Shown in pieces: positions 9,352-19,292 of a stretch of 44,387 bases of DNA. Each line of letters begins with the position of its first letter. Within the stretch, counting starts at the first letter, position 1. Position numbers and translations under genes: made by a program. Below the pieces are notes generated by a model. It made no database searches and was not told the DNA's origin. It saw nothing but the letters and a program-made list of their open reading frames with translations. This DNA comes from Actinomycetes bacterium (GTDB lineage: Bacteria > Actinomycetota > Acidimicrobiia > Acidimicrobiales > RAAP-2), in the NCBI GenBank assembly GCA_037134255.1, contig JBAXMO010000001.1:1-44387 (forward strand), written 5' to 3'.

Positions 9352-9743
9352 TGGCTAAGCCAGTTGCTCGCAAGGTTCGTAAGAAGGAGCGCAAGAACGT
9401 CGCCTATGGCGTCGCGCACATTAAGAGCTCCTTCAACAACACAATCGTGTCAATCACTGACCCGGAAGGCAACGTTTTGTCGTGGGCTTCCTCCGGTCAG
9501 GTCGGTTTCAAGGGTTCGCGTAAGTCGACTCCTTTTGCCGCTCAGCTCGCCGCGGAGAAGTGCGCCAAGGCAGCGATTGAACACGGCGTTAAGAAGGTAG
9601 ATGTTCTTGTTCGCGGTCCGGGTTCCGGTCGCGAAACGGCGATCCGTTCGATCGCCGCGGCCGGTATTGAAGTACAGGCCATCAAGGACGTCACCCCGCT
9701 ACCCCACAATGGATGTCGCCCTAAGAAGCGCCGTCGAGGCTAA
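9351..9743 (+). CDS. rpsK: 30S ribosomal protein S11
   Basis: [30 protein letters not shown]. Confidence 0.99.
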   Translation: MAKPVARKVRKKERKNVAYGVAHIKSSFNNTIVSITDPEGNVLSWASSGQVGFKGSRKSTPFAAQLAAEKCAKAAIEHGVKKVDVLVRGPGSGRETAIRSIAAAGIEVQAIKDVTPLPHNGCRPKKRRRG

Positions 9744-9751
9744 GGAACAAA

Positions 9752-10396
9752 ATGGCTCGTTACACCGGACCCGTTTGCCGACTCTGTCGTCGTGAGCGCA
9801 CCAAGCTCTTCTTGAAGGGTGAACGCTGCATGACGCAGAAGTGCCCGATGTCAGAAAACACAGATCGTCAAATCCGTACATTCCCCCCAGGTCAGCACGG
9901 CGCCAGCCGCCAGCGCCAGGGTTCGGAATACCTTACCCAGCTGCGCGAGAAGCAGAAGGCTCGTCGTATCTACGGCGTGCTCGAAGCACAGTTCCGCAAC
10001 CTCTACGAAGAGGCCAGTCGTCGTCCCGGCATGACCGGTACGAACTTGCTGCAGTTCTTGGAGCTGCGCCTGGACAACGTCGCGTACCGCGCCGGTTGGG
10101 GTGCTAGCCGTTCACAGGCTCGCCAGTTCGTTCGCCACGGCCACGTGACGATCAACGGCAAGCGCGTGACTATTCCTTCGTACCGCGTTCGCCCCGGCGA
10201 AGTCGTGGCCCTGAAGGACAAGACTCGGACCAACTCGAACGTGACACGTAACCGTGACGCGTTGGACCGTACCGTGCCAGGTTGGCTCGAGACTGGTGAC
10301 AACGGTTTTTCCGTCACCGTTCGTGCCATCCCCCAGCGTGAGCAGATTGATGAGCAGCTCCATGAGCAGCTCATCGTCGAGCTCTACTCGAAGTAG
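9752..10396 (+). CDS. rpsD: 30S ribosomal protein S4 (four N-terminal Cys)
   Basis: MARYTGPVCRLCRRE, LELRLDN, LIVELYSK. Confidence 0.99.
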   Translation: MARYTGPVCRLCRRERTKLFLKGERCMTQKCPMSENTDRQIRTFPPGQHGASRQRQGSEYLTQLREKQKARRIYGVLEAQFRNLYEEASRRPGMTGTNLLQFLELRLDNVAYRAGWGASRSQARQFVRHGHVTINGKRVTIPSYRVRPGEVVALKDKTRTNSNVTRNRDALDRTVPGWLETGDNGFSVTVRAIPQREQIDEQLHEQLIVELYSK

Positions 10397-10441
10397 TCAT
10401 CTCATCATTAGTACCACCAGCAATACGAAGCGAGGAACCAC

Positions 10442-11389
10442 ATGCTGATCATTCAGCGTCCAACCATTGAGCCCGTCGGTGAAGCCGATGGCAATAGCCA
10501 GTCGTTCCGAATCGGGCCACTTGACCCCGGTTTCGGACACACACTGGGTAACTCCCTGCGCCGTACGCTGCTGAGCTCTATCCCGGGTGCTGCGGCTACC
10601 CGTGTGAAGTTCAGCAACGCCGTCGCCCTGCACGAGTTCGGGACCATCGAAGGCGTTAAGGAAGATGTCCTCGACATCTGCCTGAACCTGAAAGACCTCG
10701 TCGTCAGCGTCGAGAGCGACGAGCCCGTCATCATCTCGTTGGACAAGAGTGGAGTAGGCGCCGCTACGGCCGCCGACCTCAAGCTCTCCTCCGACGTTTC
10801 GGTGTTGAACACGGACCTCGTCATCGCCAACTTGACGAGCGCTAAGGCCTCGCTGTCGTTCGAACTGCGCGTTGAGCGCGGCAAGGGCTATGTCGGCGCC
10901 GAAGGTAACAAGTCGGGAATGGGCATCGACGAGATTCCTCTCGACGCCATCTTCTCGCCTGTTCGCCGCGTGAGCTTCGAAGTTGAGCCGGTCCGCGTTG
11001 ACCTTGCTAAGGACTTCGACAGCCTCATCATCGCTATCGAGACCGATGGTTCGATTGCTCCTTCCGAGGCTCTGTCTTCGGCTGGTAAGACGCTCGGATC
11101 CTTGGTTGAGTTGATCGCCACCTTCGACGAGGCCGTTCCGGCTCTCCAGTTGGGTGACGTCAGTGCCGCTACCGCCGCCGCATCAGAACTCGACATCAAC
11201 ATCGAGGCCTTGGGTCTTGGTGAGCGTGCTCGCAACTGCTTGAAGCGTGCCGGTATCAACACCGTCGCACAGCTGACTAACGCCACCGAGCGTGACTTGA
11301 TGGCCATCACTAACTTCGGCGAGACCTCGCTGAAGGATGTCAACGAGCGTCTGGCCGAGCGTGGCCTGGCTCTGAAGTTGGAGTTCTAG
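10442..11389 (+). CDS. rpoA: RNA polymerase subunit alpha
   Basis: PGFGHTLGNSLRRTLLSS, DAIFSPV, RARNCLKRAGI, NFG. Confidence 0.99.
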   Translation: MLIIQRPTIEPVGEADGNSQSFRIGPLDPGFGHTLGNSLRRTLLSSIPGAAATRVKFSNAVALHEFGTIEGVKEDVLDICLNLKDLVVSVESDEPVIISLDKSGVGAATAADLKLSSDVSVLNTDLVIANLTSAKASLSFELRVERGKGYVGAEGNKSGMGIDEIPLDAIFSPVRRVSFEVEPVRVDLAKDFDSLIIAIETDGSIAPSEALSSAGKTLGSLVELIATFDEAVPALQLGDVSAATAAASELDINIEALGLGERARNCLKRAGINTVAQLTNATERDLMAITNFGETSLKDVNERLAERGLALKLEF

Positions 11390-11391
11390 TC

Positions 11392-11754
11392 ATGCGCGGT
11401 ACCCCAAAGCGCAGTCACCGTTTCGGTGGTGACGCCGCTCACCAGAAGGCCATGATGGGCAACCTCGTCGCTTCGATGATCGCTGCTGAAGGCATCGTTA
11501 CAACGGAAGCCAAGGCCAAGGCCTTGCGTCCGATTGTGGAGAAGGTTGTTACCACCGCCAAGAACTCACCCGAGGGTTCAGTCCACGCGCACCGCCGCAT
11601 CGTTGGCTTCATTCGCGACAAGGACATGACGCACAAGCTCTTCACGGAGATTGCTCCCCGGTACGCCACGCGTCCCGGCGGCTACACCCGTATCTTGAAG
11701 CTTGGGCCGCGTCCGGGCGACAACGCTCCGATGGCGCGCATTGAGTTCGTTTGA
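11392..11754 (+). CDS. rplQ: 50S ribosomal protein L17
   Basis: TTEAKAKALRP, RPGGYTRILK, GDNAPMA. Confidence 0.99.
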   Translation: MRGTPKRSHRFGGDAAHQKAMMGNLVASMIAAEGIVTTEAKAKALRPIVEKVVTTAKNSPEGSVHAHRRIVGFIRDKDMTHKLFTEIAPRYATRPGGYTRILKLGPRPGDNAPMARIEFV

Positions 11755-12607
11755 TGTAACTAACGCCACCCAACGGTGGCGTATTGACCTCGCCTATGAC
11801 GGCCGAGGTCTCCATGGTTTTGCTGAACAGCCCGATCACCAAACGGTGATCGGGCTGCTTCGTGAAACGCTGACCCGCACCCTTCGTCTCCTCGCTCCGC
11901 CCCAAATCATTGGGGCCGGTCGCACCGACGCCGGAGTCCACGCCTTCGCGCAAGTGATTCATGTCGATCTGCCCCCGCGTCTCTTCCCCGACGACCGCGG
12001 AGAGCCCACGGAGCGGTTAATCCGAAGTCTCAATATGCAACTAGCGGGCCGAGTGCGCATCCTCAAGGTCCAACCCGTGAGCAAGGAGTTCCACGCCCGG
12101 TACTCCGCACAGTGGCGGGCCTACCGCTACCTCGTAGTCGAGAGTGAGGGCCCAGCCCTCGATGTCACGGCCCATTTGGCCTGGGTGACGCACGGACCGA
12201 TTGATCTGGAACTCTTAAACCAGGCCGCCGAATTAGTCGTCGGGACGCATGATTTCCGGTCCTTCTGTCGCCGGTCGCCGGGCACCGAGCTGAGCGATCC
12301 GCTCAAGCGCAACGTCTCTGAAGCCCGGTGGCGCCACGTCCCTGATGAGTTAGGAATTCACCCCTCCGGTGCACCCGTGCTCCGCCTCGATATCCGGGCC
12401 AACGCCTTCTGCCATCAGATGGTGCGCAGTCTGACCTCGCTGATGATCGGCATCGGTCAGGGGAAACTCCCAATTTCACTACTGTCTGAGCGGTTCGAGA
12501 GTGGCGATCGAGACGGCTTACCGACCCCGGCACCGGCCGGCGGTCTGGCCTTGATTGGGGTCGGATATGACGAATTTGCCGGGGGACCCTCCGGCTTTGT
12601 AGGCTAG
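11741..12607 (+). CDS. truA: tRNA pseudouridine(38-40) synthase TruA
   Basis: AYDG, AGRTDAGVHA, FHARYSA, HDFRSF, FCHQMVR; start uncertain, in-frame TTG 11741 chosen. Confidence 0.95.
   Translation: MSSFDVTNATQRWRIDLAYDGRGLHGFAEQPDHQTVIGLLRETLTRTLRLLAPPQIIGAGRTDAGVHAFAQVIHVDLPPRLFPDDRGEPTERLIRSLNMQLAGRVRILKVQPVSKEFHARYSAQWRAYRYLVVESEGPALDVTAHLAWVTHGPIDLELLNQAAELVVGTHDFRSFCRRSPGTELSDPLKRNVSEARWRHVPDELGIHPSGAPVLRLDIRANAFCHQMVRSLTSLMIGIGQGKLPISLLSERFESGDRDGLPTPAPAGGLALIGVGYDEFAGGPSGFVG
12576..12605 (+). promoter_or_regulatory. Putative rplM-rpsI promoter inside truA 3' end
   Basis: TTGCCG-N18-TAGGCT. Confidence 0.45.
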
Positions 12608-12660
12608 GTAGTCCGCTGCGGAGCCCCGTGGCAATTTTTGACGCGAAACAAGGAAATAAA

Positions 12661-13107
12661 GTGCGCACGTATTCACCCAAGGAGTCCGAGATCACTCGGA
12701 GTTGGCACGTCATCGATGCCGAAGGTCTCGTTCTCGGCCGTCTCTCAACGGAAGTGGCCCGCCTCTTGCGCGGTAAGCACCGTCCTTACTTCACCCCCCA
12801 CCTTGACACCGGTGACTTCGTTGTCATTGTCAACGCCGACAAGATCAAGTTGAGCTCCGACAAGGCCGACAAGAAGTTCGTCTACCGTCACTCCGGCTAC
12901 CCAGGTGGTATCCGCAAGACGCGTTGGAGCGACCTGCTCGCGAACAACCCCACCAAGTTGGTCTATGACTCCATCAAGGGCATGGTTCCTCACACCCGTT
13001 TGGGCAGTGCCCAGATTGGCAAGTTGTTCGTGTACTCCGGACCCACCCACCCCCACGCTGCGCAGCAGCCTGTTCCATTCGACACCTCGGCCATCCGCCG
13101 CGGTTAA
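12661..13107 (+). CDS. rplM: 50S ribosomal protein L13
   Basis: (M)RTYSPK, WHVIDA..LGRL, HSGYPGG; GTG 12661 after AAGGA. Confidence 0.98.
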   Translation: MRTYSPKESEITRSWHVIDAEGLVLGRLSTEVARLLRGKHRPYFTPHLDTGDFVVIVNADKIKLSSDKADKKFVYRHSGYPGGIRKTRWSDLLANNPTKLVYDSIKGMVPHTRLGSAQIGKLFVYSGPTHPHAAQQPVPFDTSAIRRG

Positions 13108-13120
13108 GGAGATATTCGTC

Positions 13121-13513
13121 GTGACTACTGAGACCACCACCACTACTGGACGTCGTAAGGAAGCAACCGCCCGCGTGCGTATGCGTCCCGGCACCGGCAC
13201 CATCACAATCAACGGTCGTGCGTTGGACAACTACTTCACCTCCGCAACGCACCGTCAGATGTTGACGCAGCCGTTGCGTGACACCAACACGGAAGTCCTC
13301 TACGACGTTGACGCCACCATCGATGGCGGCGGTGTGGCCGGTCAAGCCGGTGCTCTGCGCCACGGCATTGCTCGCGCCCTCGTTGAAGTTAACGAAGAGC
13401 TTCGTGGCACCCTCAAGAAGGCCGGCCTCCTGACGCGTGACTCACGCAAGAAGGAAAGCAAGAAGTACGGTCTCAAGAAGGCCCGTAAGGCTCCGCAGTA
13501 CTCGAAGCGTTAA
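13121..13513 (+). CDS. rpsI: 30S ribosomal protein S9
   Basis: [31 protein letters not shown]; GTG 13121 after AAGGAG. Confidence 0.98.
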   Translation: MTTETTTTTGRRKEATARVRMRPGTGTITINGRALDNYFTSATHRQMLTQPLRDTNTEVLYDVDATIDGGGVAGQAGALRHGIARALVEVNEELRGTLKKAGLLTRDSRKKESKKYGLKKARKAPQYSKR

Positions 13514-13517
13514 GCCG

Positions 13518-14807
13518 ATGTCCGTGCAATTTGGCACGGACGGTATTCGCGGTGTTGCGGGTACCGACATCACTGTCGAACTCGCGTACCGCTTAGGCCG
13601 TGCGGTTGCTTCAGTTTTCGGACTAACCACTGTTGTCGGTTACGACACTCGTGAGAGTTCCTCGTCGCTAGCAGCGGCCGTTCTTCAAGGATTGGCCGAC
13701 GGTGGCGTAACCCCCCTCAATCTCGGTGTTATCACTACGCCTGGCGTGGCCGTCTTGGCCGAGCACGTCGATGGCGTGGGTGTCGTGATTTCGGCCTCCC
13801 ACAATGCCTTTTCGGACAATGGCTTGAAAGTCTTTGGTCGCGGCGGCACCAAGCTCGATCACGATACCGAAGCGGCGGTGCAGCTCGCGCTGTCGAACGC
13901 TCCATCGTCGAGTGGCCCCTATGGCGAGTTCGCCGTGGATGAGTCCGCTCGAACTGTCTATTTGAATCGTCTTCGAGCCTTGCGCAGCGCCACGACGCTC
14001 GACGGACTGCATATTGTGTTGGACTGTGCCAATGGTGCGGCCTCACCACTCGCGCGGGAACTCTTCACATCCTTAGGTGCTCGAGTCGACGTGATTCATG
14101 ACACGCCCAATGGCCGCAATATCAATACCAACTGCGGATCGACTCATCCCGAAGATCTCCAGTCGGCCGTGGTGCGACTCGGAGCCGATTTTGGTCTGGC
14201 CTTTGACGGTGATGCTGACCGACTCGTCGCCGTGGACGAACGGGGCAATCGCCGCGATGGCGATGATCTCATGGTGCTCTTCGCTCTCGATCTTCACGCG
14301 CGTCACGAAGTAGAGACGCTCGTGATTACTTCCATGAGTAACCTCGGTCTTCGCCAGGCTTTGCAGTCGGCCGGTATTGCGCTGCTCGAAACTGACGTCG
14401 GCGACCGCAACGTCTTGATTGCACTGGAGGAACACAACCTGCCATTCGGGGGAGAGCAGTCCGGTCACTTGATCTTCCGTCAGGAACTTTCAACGGGCGA
14501 CGGCATGCTCTCGGGTCTCCACGTGGCCGAACTAGTGAAGCGCGCCGGACCACTCGGAACTCTCTGTGACCAGTCGTGGCAACGGGCTCCACAGTTTCTC
14601 CTCAATATTCCGCGCGAGAGCTACGACGAGCGTGCTGTCGTCAGCACCATTGAACGGGTCTGCGCCGAACAGGGCGTCACTTCCGAAGACCTTCGTATTG
14701 TGATTCGCCCTTCGGGCACCGAACTAGTCGTGCGGGTCATGGTGGAGTCCACCAACGGGGACCTGATCGCGACGCTCGAAGCGACGCTCCGTAGTGAATT
14801 TCTCTAA
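13518..14807 (+). CDS. glmM: Phosphoglucosamine mutase
   Basis: FGTDGIRG, ISASHN, DGDADR, GGEQSGH, RPSGTE; precedes glmS. Confidence 0.95.
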   Translation: MSVQFGTDGIRGVAGTDITVELAYRLGRAVASVFGLTTVVGYDTRESSSSLAAAVLQGLADGGVTPLNLGVITTPGVAVLAEHVDGVGVVISASHNAFSDNGLKVFGRGGTKLDHDTEAAVQLALSNAPSSSGPYGEFAVDESARTVYLNRLRALRSATTLDGLHIVLDCANGAASPLARELFTSLGARVDVIHDTPNGRNINTNCGSTHPEDLQSAVVRLGADFGLAFDGDADRLVAVDERGNRRDGDDLMVLFALDLHARHEVETLVITSMSNLGLRQALQSAGIALLETDVGDRNVLIALEEHNLPFGGEQSGHLIFRQELSTGDGMLSGLHVAELVKRAGPLGTLCDQSWQRAPQFLLNIPRESYDERAVVSTIERVCAEQGVTSEDLRIVIRPSGTELVVRVMVESTNGDLIATLEATLRSEFL

Positions 14808-14831
14808 ACAGTATTGAAAATCACGGGTCGG

Positions 14832-14837
14832 TAGACT
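14832..14837 (+). promoter_or_regulatory. Putative -10 element, leaderless glmS
   Basis: TAGACT 7 nt before ATG 14845; no SD. Confidence 0.55.
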
Positions 14838-14844
14838 GACCACC

Positions 14845-16686
14845 ATGTGCGGCATCATCGGTGTCGTGGGAGCACAAGATGCTCTTCCGATTCTTTTAGA
14901 GGGACTTGAACGTCTCGAATATCGCGGCTACGACTCGGCCGGCGTGGCTTTGGTCAACGCGGGCGTCACCTGGCGGGCCCGCGCCGCCGCTGGAACTGAG
15001 TCCGTGGCCTCCTTGGTGGCCAACTGTGACTCGGCCCCGGCGCACAGCCCGGCCGGTATTGGCCACACCCGTTGGGCCACCCACGGAGCCCCGGGTGAAG
15101 AAAATGCCCACCCCCACATGGACTGTGCCGGTTCAATCGCCCTGATTCACAACGGCATCATCGAGAACCACCAGGAACTCGGTACTCAACTTCGCGAACG
15201 GGGTCACGTCTTCACCTCGGCCACCGATACCGAAGTGCTGGCCCATCGTATTGAAGAGTGGCGCAAGAGCGGACTCGATCTGCTGGAGTCTGTCCGGGCC
15301 ACCCTGAATGAAGTCCGTGGTGCCTTCGCGCTCGCCGTGATGGACAGCGACGAGCCCGACGTGATTATTGCGGCTCGCCGGATCTCCCCTCTGATTGTCG
15401 GCACGGCCGATGGCATGACGCTTCTGGCCTCCGACGTACCGGCCATCTTGGACCGGGCCGATCGCTTCTTTGTGGTTGATGACGATCAACTAGTGCGCTT
15501 GACCCCCAGTGGCTTTACCGTGACGGACCTGGCGGGCAATCCCGATCAACTCCGCGAGCTCGATGTTGATTGGGACCTCGAGACGGCCCAAAAGGGGGGC
15601 TACGAAGACTTCATGACCAAGGAGATCAACGAGCAGCCCGACGCCGTGCGGGCCACCCTGTTGGACCGGGTCGACGAGCAGGGCCGGATCAAGTTTGACG
15701 AGTTGCGTCTCACTGACGCCCAGCTGCGCGACGATGCCAAAGTCGTCTTAGTGGCCTGTGGTTCTAGTTTTCACGCCGCCATGGTGGCCAAGTACGCGAT
15801 TGAGCGTTGGGCCCGCGTCTCGGTCGAAGTCGATATTGCTTCGGAGTTCCGATACCGCGACCCCGTCGTGGATGGCACCACGTTGGTCATTGGGGTTTCC
15901 CAGAGTGGTGAAACTATCGACACCATCCAGGCTCTCCGTGAAGCGAAGTCCCGTGGCGCAATGGTCGTGGCCGTCTCTAATGTGGTTGACTCCTCAATGG
16001 CTCGCGAAGCCGACGCCGTGCTCTACACCCGAGCCGGCCTCGAAGTGTGTGTGGCCTCGACGAAGGCTGTTTTGGCCCAGATCGCCGCGCTAGAGCTCCT
16101 AGCCCTGCAGTTAGCCCAAGTCCGCGGCACACTTAGTGACGGCGAAGTAGCAGTTCTCCTCGAGCACCTCCAGGCCACCCCAGAACTGGTGCGCACCACA
16201 ATCGAGCGTGACGCGCTGGTGGCCGCCGCCGCGCAACAACTCAGCGGGGCTCGCGACTTTTTCTTCCTGGGTCGCAACGTCGGATTCCCCGTGGCCCTCG
16301 AAGGGGCTCTTAAGCTCAAAGAAATTTCCTACCTCCACGCCGAGGGCTATCCGGCCGGTGAACTTAAGCACGGCCCGTTGGCTCTCATTGAGCCCGGTGT
16401 CGTCGTTGTGGCCATCGCCACGGACGGTGTCCTGCTCGAAAAACTGCTGGCCAATATCGCGGAAGTGAAGAGTCGTGGCGCCACGATTGTCGCTCTCTGT
16501 GTTGACGGTGATGAGATGGTGCCCGCGGTGGCCGACTTCGTGCTTCGCGTGCCAGCCACGAATTCGCTGCTCTCACCAATCGTCGACATCGTGGTGTTGC
16601 AACAGTTCGCATATCACTTAGCCCGCGGACGTGGGCTCGACGTTGACCGTCCCCGCAACTTGGCCAAGACGGTCACCGTCGAATGA
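14845..16686 (+). CDS. glmS: Glutamine-fructose-6-phosphate transaminase
   Basis: MCGI, EYRGYDSAG, GHTRWATHG, SQSGET, PRNLAKTVTVE. Confidence 0.99.
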   Translation: MCGIIGVVGAQDALPILLEGLERLEYRGYDSAGVALVNAGVTWRARAAAGTESVASLVANCDSAPAHSPAGIGHTRWATHGAPGEENAHPHMDCAGSIALIHNGIIENHQELGTQLRERGHVFTSATDTEVLAHRIEEWRKSGLDLLESVRATLNEVRGAFALAVMDSDEPDVIIAARRISPLIVGTADGMTLLASDVPAILDRADRFFVVDDDQLVRLTPSGFTVTDLAGNPDQLRELDVDWDLETAQKGGYEDFMTKEINEQPDAVRATLLDRVDEQGRIKFDELRLTDAQLRDDAKVVLVACGSSFHAAMVAKYAIERWARVSVEVDIASEFRYRDPVVDGTTLVIGVSQSGETIDTIQALREAKSRGAMVVAVSNVVDSSMAREADAVLYTRAGLEVCVASTKAVLAQIAALELLALQLAQVRGTLSDGEVAVLLEHLQATPELVRTTIERDALVAAAAQQLSGARDFFFLGRNVGFPVALEGALKLKEISYLHAEGYPAGELKHGPLALIEPGVVVVAIATDGVLLEKLLANIAEVKSRGATIVALCVDGDEMVPAVADFVLRVPATNSLLSPIVDIVVLQQFAYHLARGRGLDVDRPRNLAKTVTVE

Positions 16687-17135
16687 GTGACGTCGTCGGC
16701 GTCGGGATTGATCTCGTCGACGTTGATCGCTTCGGGGCCACCATTACTCGTCGACCCTCGATGGTCACTCGACTCTTCACTCCACGCGAGATCCGTGACG
16801 CCGGTGGTCGGCCCGAACGATTGGCGGCGCGGTTCGCGGCCAAAGAGGCGACCCTCAAGGTGATGGGCTGTGGGCTGGGCGCCGCCCCCTTTTCGAGTAT
16901 TGAAGTTGAGCGGGGGGAGTCCGGCGCGCCGTCCCTGCTCCTCCACGGCCGCGCGGCCGAGTTGGCCCGGGAGCGTTCCATTACTCAGTGGCAACTTTCT
17001 TTAACTCATACCCACCGCACCGCCGGCGCGGTGGCCCTTGGCTTTACCTCGGGCACCGATGGTGATTCCACTTTGTCTGTGACCATGGATGACGCCCTCG
17101 GTCAAGTTCTGAGAGAGTTAGACCATGGCAATTGA
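16683..17135 (+). CDS. acpS: Holo-ACP synthase
   Basis: GVGIDLV, ARFAAKEA, LSLTH. Confidence 0.95.
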   Translation: MSDVVGVGIDLVDVDRFGATITRRPSMVTRLFTPREIRDAGGRPERLAARFAAKEATLKVMGCGLGAAPFSSIEVERGESGAPSLLLHGRAAELARERSITQWQLSLTHTHRTAGAVALGFTSGTDGDSTLSVTMDDALGQVLRELDHGN

Positions 17136-18276
17136 AGGAACCCGGCGCCCCTCGTGGGCCGAGATTGACCTCATGGCACTGCGCCACAACGTCACGACGT
17201 TGCGCCACCTCATCGCGCCGGCCCAACTCTGTGGTGTCGTGAAGGCCAACGGGTACGGACACGGCGCACTCTTCACGGCCCGAGCACTTCTCGACGCCGG
17301 GGTCGCCGGCTTGGCCGTGGCCATTGTGGATGAAGGCGTTGAGCTACGCGATGGCGGCATTACCGAGCCGATTCTCCTGCTGGCCGAGGCGCCTGCCGAA
17401 TCACTGCTCGACGCCCTCGAAGCCGGGCTCACCCTCACGGTGGGATCGCTCGAAGGGGCTCACGCCGCGGTGGCCGCCGCGAAAGAAGTCGGGGGGCACA
17501 CTCCGGTGCACATAAAGGTCGACACCGGCATGCATCGCATGGGTGTTGTACTCGATGACCTCGGCGCCGTCCTCGACGTCCTGTACGCCTCACCGAACAT
17601 TGTGATCGAGGGAATGTACTCACACTTCGCGGTCGCTGATTCCGATTTGGTTGAAGATCGTGAGTATTGCGAAGTGCAGATGGCTCGCTTTGAGCGAGCG
17701 CTCGAAATCGCCGCCGCCAAAGGCATTACCCCTCCACTCACGCACCTCGCCAACTCGGCCGCCGCGATTGCGCTGCCGGCGTCACGTCGCTCCATGGTTC
17801 GAGTCGGCCTGTCGGCCTACGGCTACTTACCGCACCCGTCAATGGAGGCCCTCTTGGCCGCGGAAGGCTTACGACTGCGTCCGGCACTTTCACTGCACGC
17901 TCGCGTCACAGCCGTTCGAAATCTCGAAGCCGGTGAGCGCCCGAGTTACGGTCGCCGCCGCCCACTGCCCACAGCGTCCACCGTGGCGACTGTCCCCTTC
18001 GGCTACGCCGATGGTTACCCCCGCCGGTTCTTTGACGCCGGAGCCGAAGTGCTCATTAATGGCATTCGTCGTCCCTTGGCCGGTTCGGTCACGATGGACC
18101 AACTCGTCGTGGACTGTGTGGGTGGCGACGTCCGCGTGGGTGATGAAGTCATCCTCCTCGGCACGCAAGGTGACGAGACGATTTCGGCCGACGAGTGGGC
18201 TGCGTGGGGCGGGACGATCACTTGGGAAGTTCTCTGCGGCATTGGTGCCCGGGTGCCCCGCATTTCGCGCCACTAG
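17125..18276 (+). CDS. alr: Alanine racemase
   Basis: VVKANGYGHG, KVDTGMHR, GYADG, MDQ. Confidence 0.98.
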   Translation: MAIEGTRRPSWAEIDLMALRHNVTTLRHLIAPAQLCGVVKANGYGHGALFTARALLDAGVAGLAVAIVDEGVELRDGGITEPILLLAEAPAESLLDALEAGLTLTVGSLEGAHAAVAAAKEVGGHTPVHIKVDTGMHRMGVVLDDLGAVLDVLYASPNIVIEGMYSHFAVADSDLVEDREYCEVQMARFERALEIAAAKGITPPLTHLANSAAAIALPASRRSMVRVGLSAYGYLPHPSMEALLAAEGLRLRPALSLHARVTAVRNLEAGERPSYGRRRPLPTASTVATVPFGYADGYPRRFFDAGAEVLINGIRRPLAGSVTMDQLVVDCVGGDVRVGDEVILLGTQGDETISADEWAAWGGTITWEVLCGIGARVPRISRH

Positions 18277-18279
18277 TTC

Positions 18280-18816
18280 ATGGACATCCAGAAGGCCACC
18301 GAGTGCACGCGCTGTGCTCTCTCGAAGACTCGTACCACGGTGGTCATTGGTTCCGGTGCCCTCGATGCGGCGCTCATCGTGATCGGTGAGGCACCCGGCA
18401 AGAGTGAGGATGAGGGCGGCGCCCCCTTTATCGGCCGAAGTGGCCAACTGCTGTTTTCGCTGATTGCCGAGGAGCTCACGATGTCGCGAGCAGACTGCTA
18501 CGTAACCAACGTGGTGAAGTGCCGTCCACCTGACAATCGCACACCTCTCGCTCCAGAGATTGCGGCCTGCGCCCCGTGGCTCGAAGCCCAGCGCTCCATG
18601 TGGTCGGGGAAAGTAGTTCTGACGTTGGGCTTGACGGCGGCCCGGGCCCTGACTGGTTCAAAAGCCCCGATGAAGTCCCTCCACGGGATTCCCGTGGTGC
18701 GCGACCAGCTCACCATTGTGCCTACCTACCACCCGGCCGCGGCGTTGCGTCAAGGACCTAGCGTGGTGGCCGTGATGCGTGACGATCTCGCCGTAGTCCG
18801 AGGGCTGCTCTCGTGA
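18280..18816 (+). CDS. Uracil-DNA glycosylase, family 4 (Fe-S)
   Basis: CTRC, IGEAPG..ED, KCRPP.NR, TYHPAA. Confidence 0.93.
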   Translation: MDIQKATECTRCALSKTRTTVVIGSGALDAALIVIGEAPGKSEDEGGAPFIGRSGQLLFSLIAEELTMSRADCYVTNVVKCRPPDNRTPLAPEIAACAPWLEAQRSMWSGKVVLTLGLTAARALTGSKAPMKSLHGIPVVRDQLTIVPTYHPAAALRQGPSVVAVMRDDLAVVRGLLS

Positions 18817-19292
18817 CGCTGACGCGCGCCACCTCCAGCGTCGAAGAGACCAAGCGGGCCGGCCGGGAGCTTGCCTCCCTTCTGGCGGCGGGCGACATCA
18901 TTTTGTTAACGGGACCACTCGGCGCCGGCAAGACGGCCTTCACCCAAGGGCTGGCCGTCGGCCTCGGAGTGAGTGACCGGGTGACGAGTCCCACCTTCAC
19001 ACTCGTGCGTCAGCACCAGTGCGCCAATAGTCAAGGCATTGCGGTGCTGCACCACGCCGATGTCTACCGGACCAACTCGCTCGATGAGATTGAGGACCTC
19101 GCCCTCGAAGAGCTCGTCGAAGTTGGAGGCGTGGCCGTTATTGAGTGGGGCGAGATGGCCGCCGCGCTGTTAGGGCGAACGGCGTGGCGAATCACCATTG
19201 ACGTCGTAAATGACGACCACCGCACCATCGTGGTCGACGAGAGCAGCGTGGGAGAGCGACTCTCGATGATGCAGGAATGGGCCGCCCAGTGA
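18813..19292 (+). CDS. tsaE: t6A biosynthesis ATPase TsaE
   Basis: GPLGAGKT, VTSPTF, HADVYR, IEWG. Confidence 0.97.
   Translation: MTLTRATSSVEETKRAGRELASLLAAGDIILLTGPLGAGKTAFTQGLAVGLGVSDRVTSPTFTLVRQHQCANSQGIAVLHHADVYRTNSLDEIEDLALEELVEVGGVAVIEWGEMAAALLGRTAWRITIDVVNDDHRTIVVDESSVGERLSMMQEWAAQ

Noticed and set aside
14700-14730. GlmM RPSGTEL in place of the usual RPSGTEP
   Set aside because: Single substitution with all other catalytic motifs intact; no sign of pseudogenisation.
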